Source of the DNA: Balanoglossus misakiensis
Lineage: Eukaryota; Animalia; Hemichordata
Direction of reading: 5' to 3'
NCBI GenBank assembly: GCA_040954595.2
Contig: CM082592.2
Coordinates: forward strand, 4,914,735-4,978,734
Length of the DNA: 64,000 bases
Below the pieces are notes generated by a model, which did not search any database, was not told the DNA's origin, and saw nothing but the letters and a program-made list of their open reading frames with translations. Below, in pieces: positions 45,933 through 57,400 of this stretch. The number at the start of each line of letters is the position of its first letter. Position 1 is the stretch's first letter. The position numbers were made by a program, and so were the translations under genes.

Positions 45933-46963
45933 TTAATTCGCATAGAACGCATTTGAACTCGTTTTTGTACATTCAAAAAATGAAATTGAAAATCACATAA
46001 ACCATGCAGACTGGCTTTTATAATAGTATAATATACATGTAGTTTTTTTTTATTCCCCTTCACATTTCCTAGCAATTGCAGTACACGCTTCGTTGAAGTT
46101 TCATTCAGATATGTAATGATAGTAAAGGCCTAACATATGGCAAATGGTGGGGTCTCAAATTCATTTTAACTAATTATAAGGCCTGAAGATTGATTATCCG
46201 ACATGTACCTGCATGCATGGCCTGTTCACCTTCAATAAAATTGAATAACACAAGTCAGCAAGTACGAGTATCAAAATTGATTTATTCTGAATAAGAAACA
46301 GGAGATAAAAGTGCTCACAGCAAAAAAAGTCTTTACATTTCCGTATAAAAATCGATAAAAGCAGCATGGAAGACAAATCGATCCCAATTTTCGTGAGTAA
46401 AAACTAGGGACAAAGTCACTTTACCACATCATTACTTTGGTCACTTCGAGGGGGTAATATCGAAGCAATGTATAGGTTTATTTTATTTTAATACTGAATC
46501 ACGGTGAATAGTACTTAAGTTCCTCTCTAACTGTTTTGTACTATGATATATTAAATTACGCATCATGTCAGACAGTAGGCCTATACACTTGCGAGGAAAG
46601 GGCATGAGTATTCTTTTCTTCCAGTCACCACAATTCGAAGATGCACAACTCCCGTTTCAAACAGTGTGTACCATGTAAAAGATGCACAAAATAAACGATA
46701 TTCCTGTCCAAAAACGTACATAGTGTCTAGTAAACACGATTTCGCCCGAAAACAGTGTGCCAAAGCTGTCCAGTCTGTTTCCATGGTTTCGGGACATGCG
46801 GCAGCGTTGATAAATATTGACAAATCAACCCCAAATCTCCCAGGACTCTCATCCGGGGCAAACGTGCACCTGGCATTCATCTGTAGAATGGTATAAATCT
46901 TTGGTGTTCGAATTCAGCATTGAGTTCATCTGCGTATAGATTGGGCAATTATTATAATTAAGT

Positions 46964-49900
46964 TCAGTTTTTCAAGAATTTCATATTGACCCACGACAGG
47001 TCGTGACAGCACGGGTGCGCCCCGGCCAGCTCTCCCCACGCCTGGCGCGGAACCGCCTCGTTCTCGTGGACCTTCCACAGCTTGAAGTCGTACGACCTCA
47101 TCAGCCTCTCCAGCGCCAAATACAAATGCCAGCGTCGCTGCTTGGTCTCCCCTTCTCCCATGTGCAGCTCGAAGGCGAACTGTTTGACGTGGTTGAGAAT
47201 TCCGCTCTCCAGCATCTGCGGAAACACCTGGTGTTCAGACCCTTCGATGTCCATTTTCAACAAGTCGATCGATCTCTGCAGGTTAGAAGAAGAAGAATAC
47301 ACATGTATTTGAAATACGCGTCACTTTTTTTTTAAATGAGGAGACTGGTGATGTCATTTCAATAACACATTTAACTCATTTCAATAACACATTGAACTTA
47401 CGTCTCCGTGATTGAGCATCTCTCGAATGTTGTCCAAAGTTCTACACGTCCAGTGCTCTTTCACCAATGTGCCGTTCGGCAGTGCTTTGTCGAAATACCT
47501 TTCAATATTTTCGTGCCAGAGCCCCATGTTGTAAAACCAATGATGGTCGTTGCGCTGGTGGTCAGCCAACCCTATTCTGTAGAGGTGTGGGGAGAGGGAG
47601 GGAGAGTTGTATATATATATAAATACCAAGTTAAGTGCCACATGGAAATGATGTGTACGTGTTTATTACGTTTTCAATATAGTAACTGGTAGGCTTCTAA
47701 CGAGAACACTTACGTGGGATCAAAGCTGTACACGTCACATCCGTACTTGACCATGTCATCATCAAATGACCAATCGTCGGAGATTCTGCGAAGCATAATG
47801 GAAGACCGTTAGAATATGTTGGATGCACAAGAAGTTTTAGAAGTTGATGTAAGATGCAATCATGGTATGGAGGTGGTGCGTAAAAATCAACAAGACTTCT
47901 ACCGGCCATATTCTACTCTGTATACCGTGCTGAAATGCTCAATGTTCTGCTATTGATAGAAACCGTCATATATTACTTGTCTGCAAAGAACCAGCAATTT
48001 GTATATTTGCGATGAATCGTGTAGTACTTACCCAAAAGAGTACACAATGCAATTTTTCTGGGTTACGCCGACGTCTAGACACATATCCCAACCCCCATCC
48101 GCCGGCGGGTCGTGGCCAAAGTGGATCTCTTCTTTGCAATCGTACGACACATTCAAAGCGTAAGAAAACATGGCAGCCGCTATCTGTTCGGACGACACCT
48201 TGTCATACATTTCTTTGAAAAGGTCTTCCGGCGGAATCTTCACGGTTTCTACTTTTTCAACAACTTTCTCGACCACTTTTTCGACAATTTCAATTTTGGG
48301 GGTAACTTTCTGCAAATAACGCAGGAGAAAAAAAAGACGGTAAATCGACATGGTCATTTTTGTCACCCTCGAACGTACGGGTTAATACATGCATCGCTCA
48401 ATCTGAGACTCTGATTCCGTCAAAGGCCACAAACACTTCCGATTTTCGGTCTCATCATCTTCATCTATTTTCACTTGAGAAATACAGATACAGGCCTACA
48501 TTATTATACCACAGGCATCTCCGCTTCTGCTTTTCAAGATTAGTTACACCACGGGGTTAACATAGACACGAGAAACAAAGTCATCATTTTCTGTGACATG
48601 TACACCTACCTGCACGACCTTCTCAACGGCTTTCGTGGGTTCAGCCTTCAATTTCCGCTGTTCGTGCAACTTTTTGAAGGGTTCCACCGCTTTCTCGATG
48701 GCCGATTCCCGTGTACATTTTTCTGCGAGGAAAGAAAATACGTGAGACGGACTCTCAGAAAGGTCGTTTCGTCGGAAGTTTTGTCGCAAAACTGGCATAC
48801 GCGCAGAGTTTTTGTATATATACTAGTATACCATGGTATGTTTTATTTTTAATATCTCCGCCATGCAGAGCCAGAAGCAAAACTTTTTAAAGCCCTATCA
48901 TAGTTCAAGGCCGGGTGGTGTGATAGTAACTTCTGCCTTTTTGTTTGGAAAGACAACTACTTCGAATGATACACGACTGTCTGTCCACAAAAATCTGCAT
49001 CTGTTGGAAGACTGGTACGGTGTTTTTTTCTCCTTCCTAATTACACATGCAGTGTTTGCGAGACAAAGTGCTCTCACTACACAGTTTCTTTGTTTTAGTA
49101 GGTCAATTGAAAAGGGGCTATCAAAGAATAGAAATCACCAACGCCCATGAAATGCCAATACAACGAGTTGGCACAAGTACATGTATAGCGTTTTGAGACC
49201 CTGCGCACTTGGTATCCTATAAACCTGACGCAGGGCAGATTTCGCGTGTCACTGCAAACTGATGACTTATTCTATGGTGGAATCTTAACCACTCTTCTCC
49301 AGTTATTGTGTTGACTAGTTCCTATCCAGAGCATTTTGATGTCAAAAGAGTAATGTTATTAAAGTCACAACGTGGAGATGGTCAAAACATGGGCGTATCT
49401 GTTTTTACGTCAATGCCCGTGGGTCCAGCCACAGTCCCTCGTGGTCCAGCCGGCCATGCATGAACGTTCCACAGAACCTCAAAGAAGGGACTGGTGTACT
49501 TGTTACCGGAGAGAACAGTTCCGTGTTCGTTCTGTGTCAGGTTCTAATTACTGGACACGTTTATAATCTGTTATATTTTGGGTGGTTTATCAACTCCAGT
49601 AGAATGATAGTAAAAGCCCTGTTTTCGCGATTTCGCGGAGTTCACGAAGTTACATAGGGGGCCTACTCTTTCTCTTTGGTGATTCGCCTATCGTCTATGC
49701 GAGCCAGGAATAAAATTACACTTGGCGGAGATCATGGAGGTACTAAATACATGTACATGTACCTCCATGCGGAGATCAACGACCAAGGCCGCGAGTCTAT
49801 TGACACCCGGATGGCAATAGACACTCCGATTTTTGTCGACACAAAAGGGACAGTCAGGTAAAAGGACTCGGTTATGTAACGATACACATCGTGTAAAAAT

Positions 49901-50887
49901 CGTCACAACCCGGGACATCGGTAAATGAATCATTAAACGAGCTCGTGTCGTCGTCGTGGTTTAGATATATTCATTCAGGGCAACGAGTTCTGGTTCAGAT
50001 CGATATTCACTGTCTTTTCGCCGATAAAAAAAAGAATCATAAAAAGTCAAGAAGCGAGTTGGTGGGTTTGGAAAGCGAAAGTTGTCAGTTGCGCATGGGC
50101 CGGGGACGAACTTTGAGAAGCCAACGCCCTGATAATTATGTACTGTTAGCTAACATAATTAACGTTACCTTGAATTTAGTATTTTTCAAAAGTTTACTCG
50201 CCACATTTTGTACATACTCACATAAATACACTTCAGCGGGCCGTGGAGTAATTTCAGCGTGAAAGTCAACAAACCCACAATGTGAACAACTGTAAGAACG
50301 ACAGCTACAATGCGATTACTTTCCACTTGAGTCAATACTTATTGACTTCATGTTTGCAATTTCAGAGTTTTTTGCATTGAAGACAACATGTGTTCTACAG
50401 ATTTGTACGAGATGGGGTAAACCTCCCGACTGAACATATTTAGTGCAATTATATTTTTATTAAGTGTTGTCATAAGTAAGCTGGGTCATTACTGCGATAT
50501 TCGGGTTGAATTTCAAGAACTGGTCGTTTCCTCATGTGGCGGGCGTACTCCTACTGGCCGTTTCATCTTGTGCGCACTGGCCGTTTACTCTCGACACCAT
50601 TACTGCGCTATTCGGGTTGATGTACAAGAACTGACCGTCTCCTCCCGTGGAAGGCACTAGCCGTTTCATCCTACAGGTCGTTACTCTCGGCACAGGTATT
50701 CAAGGAAACGGCCGTATGCTCTCGGCACCCAGCCGAACGTGCGCCATCTTAGTGTCCCACCGGAAAAAAATTACTATTAATATAAAGCCACCACCATACC
50801 GTAGATACTGGTGTACTTACCGACATAGAAGAAAGCGAGTATCATGAGACCTGCCAGCAAAGCCGTCACTTTATCGTTTCGACTCAT
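46964..50887 (-). CDS. METTL24-like (FkbM/Methyltransf_22-type) SAM-dependent methyltransferase with N-terminal signal anchor
   Basis: Approximate exons: 50821-50887 (MSRNDKVTALLAGLMILAFFYV), 48610-48722, 48032-48309, 47714-47785, 47401-47576 and 46964-47275. Motifs are DGGWDMCLD, CIVYSFGISDDWSFDDDM...GCDVYSFDP, TLDNIREMLNH, IDLLKMDIEGSE, VKQFAFELH and DLSWVN. The link to the first exon is less certain. Confidence 0.85.
50487..50730. repeat. Degenerate ~111-bp tandem repeat (2 copies plus a partial one) in a METTL24-like intron
   Basis: cattactgcg(a/c)tattcgggttga...caagaactg starts at 50487 and at 50598. The sub-repeats gccgtttcatc and ctctcg(a/g)cac recur. Confidence 0.7.
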
Positions 50888-52155
50888 ACTTCCCTGGTGA
50901 CTCCCCTACCAAATGTCGATGACGGTCAGAGTGGACACGTTACCTGTTGCTGCAGGCTCTTTGAGTGGCCAAACAATTGTTAACTATTGACCACAGTGAC
51001 GCTTCTTTATGACTTAACAGACAAAAAAACAACAAGGTAATTTATTTATGTATTCAGGCGAGCCCTTGTGCTCCTAGCTCAACTAGGTTATCTATATGAA
51101 TACCAGCATACAAATGAACACGAACACTGTTCATTGCGGATATTTGTACTTGTACCACATACACCTATGGCACTACCAGATGTAACCAAAGAAGTACAAC
51201 GTACTGCAATTCGCGGTGTAACGGGTTCTAAGAGTGTGGTGACCTAAAAGTGTAATGTGTGTGTAATAAATGTGAGATAGTTGAAGGGGTTCGTCGAAAT
51301 ACGACAATATGACAATTTCGAGGGTGGAATGCAGAAAAAATAGTTTTCTCTCGAAATGCTTATGTGGTAGATTCGCGCCAATAATGCTTCCGTCGATTCC
51401 GAGGAAAGCATTTGACACGTCGAATATGACATATTTCGATCAGTGTAAAGTCAATTCACACATATGTGGTGTAAAAAAGGATGCACGAAAATGACGCTGA
51501 TTTAAATACGATTCTCACTCAAATCAGTACCCGTAGTCTCGTCGACTGAAACGCTTTCACAGTACATGTACATGGAGTGTGAATTACCCGAAGTAAGGGT
51601 TCCACCATATAATCTTGTCGGGGGGGGGGGGGGGCAAAAAGGAAAATCAAACGCTGATGGGAAAATGCGTGAAACGTGGTTATACGCCTAACATCATAAG
51701 AATACAACCATTCAGGGGCCTGCAGATGCGGATAATGAGACAATGGACAAAAATGTGCATGATCGGCCAAATACTAGTAATCTTGTAAACGTACAGTCTT
51801 TGTAAATCAAGAACAATAGGACAATAATTGGTTCAAAACGGACCATGAACGTGTAAAACGGGAGGTGGTTTCAATCATGAATATGTATATACCGTTCACC
51901 ATGCATAGTATTATTTTACAGATTTTAATGTGATTTCTTCCCAGGAGCAAAGGGCTTTACCCAATTACGTATACGACTCTCAAGAAAATCGAAAAAAATC
52001 ACATGACTACAGAATTCAAAAACATTTAAAAACCATCGCATTGCATGGATGATAATGTATACTCTTTGTTATTTCGTTAATATGTAAATCATATTGTCCA
52101 TTATGATAAACGTCATGGATGACTGAATCTCGTTTTCTTTTATATGACGATGTCT

Positions 52156-54223
52156 TTACAACTTCGCTGATGCTTTTCGCTTGAGATGTTTTTCTTGCAC
52201 TTTGTAGAGTGTTGTGTGTACATCGTCGAAGTACGGATTCATTCGGTTTCTGACCCGTTCCATCCAGGCCTTCAATTTCGGGTGGTCGTTGGTGACGTCA
52301 TGACCCGCTGCCCTGGCCTGCATCAACTGTTGATAGATAATATACATGTATTTCCAAGAGTAAAAAGAAAACTTCCGTTGACATATGGTTCATGCAAGCC
52401 TAATCTTGGAAGCTAGTTTCTCTTACTTCATTAATAATGAACATATCAAATGCAGACTACATACAAGTGCTAGAAAAACGATTTGTGATAGATACATGTG
52501 ACAATGTGACCAATATTGTGGTGCTAATACACATACATGCATAACTGAGCTAGAAACGTTGGTGAATATATATAATATATTCCAGAAAGTGACCAAAAGA
52601 TATAGACCTTATATCAAATTTTACCTCACACACTGCCATGAGATCAGCAATGCTAATTTCTTCGCCACACAAAAACGACTTTTCCTTCAAGAACATAGAT
52701 TCCAACTTCTCGTGTACATCACCAAGTTGCATTAGAGCCGTTTCTACCTCCTTGCTATTCACTGGTTGTTTTGTTCGTATTGGAAGGATGACCTGAAATA
52801 GAATAATGAAAATCTTAAAGTTCACCATCATTAAAATCAATCAAAATTTATATCAAAATTTTCTTTTCAACTTTGAACGATCGTCTTGACAGGTACTGTG
52901 ATGAAGTTGCAAAGTCATAGGAGAATATCATTGATATTCAGGATAGGACAGAAGACGTATAAAAGATTTGCAAATTAAAAAGCATAATTATTCCTGAATT
53001 AAACTTGGATTGAAACACTGCTTCACTCTCTATGCTTTTGGGTGAATGACAAAGAGACAACAGTTTACAATATTTGCTGCAATAATGACACCGATAACTG
53101 TCCAATCTGATACGCAGCACTCTTGCCCCCGAAATCAAACGACCTTCTCCAACCGAGAAATTACTGAAACTTAAAGAAAACCTCGTGAAAGAACAGCCTC
53201 CCACAGGATGGTCTTGTGTTAAAGTGGTGCCACGCCAAATACTCGTCAACTCTGGCCCTCTTCTTGACATCACTGGGGTACCAATGATCAGCTACTCGGT
53301 ATTTTGTACACAGGTAAATCAGTATTGCCACGCTGTGGGTAGTAAGAGAAAATCCATGACATACAACGGAACATTATTGCTACAGATGTAATGCATATAT
53401 ATTATTTTCCACAACTTTATTCACTCAGTCATGTACAAATGAGGGTCACGGTACAAACATTTATTCAAGGTCAAATCGTCTTTGGAGCAATGCCACTGAC
53501 AGGTCTATGAAATGAAAACATAGCATTTTCAAACTAAAACATAAAAAATAAAAAGTAGCACCAGCCATAATGAGAAACATTACAATACAATGTTGTTGGT
53601 TTTAAAACTTTTTCAACTTTATTAACATTATCTGACCTTTCAGATAAATTGAAATCTCCATCAGATATGGCGGGCACTTTCTGAGCTGGATTGATCTTCT
53701 TGTATTCTTCGGTCTTCTGTTCAGCTTGAAAAGAAAACACCCCAAGATTATTTTCTGTTCACTTCGATCTGCTGCAAGTCAAAAGTTTTGTCTTTGGTGC
53801 ATCTTGCATGAGACTGGCCACGGTGCGGTCACGGATTGACAGAGTGACCTTGATGTGTGCTGGTCCGTAACCCGAACCTGGTGAAGTTGACTGCTCGAGT
53901 GGTTTAATAAGGTCTACGGACCCGCAGCAAGGCGTGGTCGTGGACAGGCTCATAGACTAGACAGTTCTACGAGTGTGGCGAGAGTGTCCGACTTTGGCTT
54001 TTTGTCGTCTTACCAACAAACCAACAGGCAAAACTTCGAGCTACTGAAGTAGTTGTAAACACAGCGTCGAGAAAACACACACGCCCACAGAACTTCTGAA
54101 GCCAATCGTCATACCTTTCCCCAAATCCACGACCTTCCTGGTGTGAGGAATACCATTGATCTCACAGAACATCAATAGTACTCTTGAAGGCTGTGACAGA
54201 AAATTATAATAGATAACAACCAT
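52156..54223 (-). CDS. Glutathione S-transferase theta class, 5 coding exons
   Basis: Exons: 54115-54223, 53637-53724, 53182-53332, 52625-52792 and 52156-52326. Motifs are SQPSR (catalytic Ser), INPAQKVPAISDGDFNLSESVAILIYL, DHWYPSDVKKRARVDEYLAWHH, FLCGEEISIADLMAVCE and HPKLKAWMERV. The protein ends in ASAKL*. Confidence 0.93.
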
Positions 54224-54452
54224 CGCAACTTAATTCAGATTCAATATAACATTCACAACTCCGTGATTTGTAAACAGTATAGTACGATGAGATGACCTTT
54301 GAACTGAACCCAACTTTAATCAGGTGACTTTAAAGATTGTCCAATCGAGCGAAGCGTAATAGATTTACAGTTTCAACGCTTACCTAGTAAAACTTGCCGT
54401 GATTGGTCAAAAACAGCAACGAGACATTCGGCGGACTTTCGAAATTTGTAAC
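54224..54452. promoter_or_regulatory. Putative bidirectional promoter between GST theta and MYO19
   Basis: Divergent ATGs at 54223 (-) and 54453 (+). Oppositely oriented CCAAT boxes at 54341 (CCAATC) and ~54400 (GATTGG). Confidence 0.55.
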
Positions 54453-57400
54453 ATGGCATCTGTCCTGAGAGAAACTTCAAATGAAAGAATTGATGTTGGC
54501 CACGGATGTTTTAAACAGCGTTCGACGGTAAGAATTCTGTAAACACTACGGCACGTTTATACTTCTAACCGATTTCTACCAAACGGTCTCACTCTGGCGA
54601 TCGGCGATCCCGTAGGCCCAGCGCCCGTTCTTCGGAACTTTAGTTGATGGTCGACTGATGATGTAAAACAGTTCAGTCGAAATGTGCTTGTTGTGGTACC
54701 TTGTGTTAGCCCATGACATGACTTCATGTTTAGACTTAGCATACATCAGACCGATGTTCATGTGGTCGTAATACTACATGCAGCTGAGCTAGAACTTTGC
54801 TAAATTGGAAACAGTGATAGTGACAGTCATACAGACTGTAAATTAAAACCTTCCATCCATCTTGTAATGGGAAGTTGGGTAATTTTTGCCATGGCTTTTA
54901 CCATATCATTTCTCTAACACAGGCACACAGTGCAGAGAAGGAACCAGTTAAGAAATTTGCAAAGGTATACATTCATTTTATATTCACATTTTAAAATACA
55001 AGTAAATTGGAATCGATCTGAATTGACATATTCACTGTTGTCAACATTATTCTCGTAAATATATATTAAAAGTGTTCTTATATTTCACATCAGGGCATGA
55101 GAATATGGGTGCATGATAAGAATGAAGTATGGACTGCTGCCTCTGTGTTAGACACGATGAAGGATGGCAGAATCATTGTCAAATACGCTGATGGTGTGGT
55201 GAGTTCTAGTCTAATGAGAGATCAGTCTTTCTTTGAGGTATACTAAATTTGAATATATTATAATCTTGGGCTTGGTACCACATGATTAAAGGGACAAGGT
55301 CGCTCATATTGCAAAAGACAAGGAAAGAGTTTTCAGTATCCCTTGCATTAATTGATGAGTTGTACAGTCACGTCAAAAGACCACAAAAAGGGAACAACAT
55401 GGATAGTCCCAACCTTTGGGCACACCTTGCCCTTACGCCTGCTGTGTATTTCTATGTCTTTTACATATGTATCAAAGTACAATTTGAGCCAAGTATAACT
55501 TTGTTCTGTCTACTTTCCATAGTGCCATTTTGCAAATAACCCTGTTGTAATTTTCACCCCACAGGAGAGTGTCATCAAATCTAGCAAGGACTACCCCTTG
55601 CTTTATGGCAATGTAGACTATGAGAACATAGCTGATTTATCAGAACTGAGTCCATTGCACGAAGCATCAGGTAAAAAAAAATGTTTTTAAATATATGATT
55701 TTGCACCAGATAGACCTACTATTCGATGTGTACGCTTTGCATATCTAAGCTTTACGGGATTGCAGGGCTTATGCAGTTTAAATTAGTAAGGTACACCCAG
55801 CCCCACAAACATTGAAAGGGACGTTTGGGGTCCAATTAGATGTTTGGTCTGGTTTCCTGATACATGTATTTATTACTTCACATTACACCATGAATCATTC
55901 CAAATCCACCGTTAGAATTTGTGGATAAGTGCGTAGAATCCCCTTCTAGTGGAGTACCGTGGATGACATTGACAAACACTTGTGAGGATTGAAACTGAAA
56001 TTTGACGCTGATTCTTTTGTTTTTCTATTTCTCTTCCAGTGTTGGAGTGTCTGAGAGTGCGTTACAATGTCGGCATGTACTACACCCAGGCTGGTATCAC
56101 TCTCCTGGCTGTCAATCCATTTACAGATATCCCCCACCTCTACACACCGGCAAAAGTCAAACTTCATAACAGTCACCTCATAAAGGTAATTTTCACTTTT
56201 CATTGATAGCGTAGGTATAGCGCACCAATTATTTAAATGTTATCATTAGTTTCAGACGTTCAAATTAACTATGAAAATTATCCATTTGACCAATTTTTTC
56301 ACACTTTCTTGTGCAGAAGAAACCTCCGCATGTATTTGCTGTGGCAGAGAGGGCGCTGCGTGATTTGAAGAGGAGGCTGGGTCCAGTCAATCAATCCATC
56401 ATTGTCAGTGGCGAAAGTGGGGCAGGCAAGGTGAGCTCATAATATCATGTAAGAGGCTCTCTCATTGGCTCAGTAGAGTCTGACAAGTCAAGACCAGTGA
56501 TTGGTTGAACTAGAAAGTATGTAAATTGTTGCTCAAACAGTTAATATATCACTCCAGACTGCGCCAACATATGCAGGAAAGTATGCTTCCTTACATGCTT
56601 TTTACAGCTAGATATTATGCAAAAAAACCTGTCTGTTACCACTGTTGTTTTCAATAAACAGCAAGTCTGGTCGTTCTGTAAATGTTATCTCTTGTTGCAT
56701 TCATACGCAGACATGGACTGCCAGATGTTTGATGAGGTACCTTGCAACTGTAGCTGTCGCAGCCGATGGGTAAGTCTGTTCGTTTAACATGTAACTGTTG
56801 CAATACTGGGGTGCTAAAATTTGATGGGAAGCTATGATAAAACTAAGGCACTTTCCAGCAACCTGAGACACGAATTTGAAAAGCGATACATGGAAGTTTC
56901 ATCAAACGTGAATTATACTTTTAAATTTCTCGTAGGTTTTCACCATGCTCGTCAGTTTGTAGGATTGAGAAGAGAATCTTAAACTCAAACCCCATCCTAG
57001 AGGCATTTGGTAAGCTCGGCTTTTTATTTGCATTACATTTGAAGGACTAATATAGCAATGTGCCAGTATTCTGTGAACAGCCTTTTCAAATGATGTCGAA
57101 TCTTTTCAGAAATCTTTATGTGTACACCGTGGTATTTGAAGTTACAATAAACGGTATTGCATTGATTTGCAGGAAATGCTTGTACCACTCGTAATACAAA
57201 CAGCAGCCGGTTTGGGAAATACATCCAGCTTCAATTTAACAGGTCAGTGCATTTTATATCAGTGTTCAGTCAGTAGCTTAGTGTTTGAATGCTGCAGGCA
57301 AATATTTTTCATGTATGATAAAAATCCTTAGATTTTGAAATCTGCCATTTCCTGGGCCTGAGGCAAATTAATTATGATTAGCATAGCCTCGGTTTTCCGG

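Noticed and set aside
53759-53953. 64-aa GC-richer ORF inside GST theta intron 1
   Set aside because: There are no convincing splice sites or recognisable motif, and the GST is complete without it.
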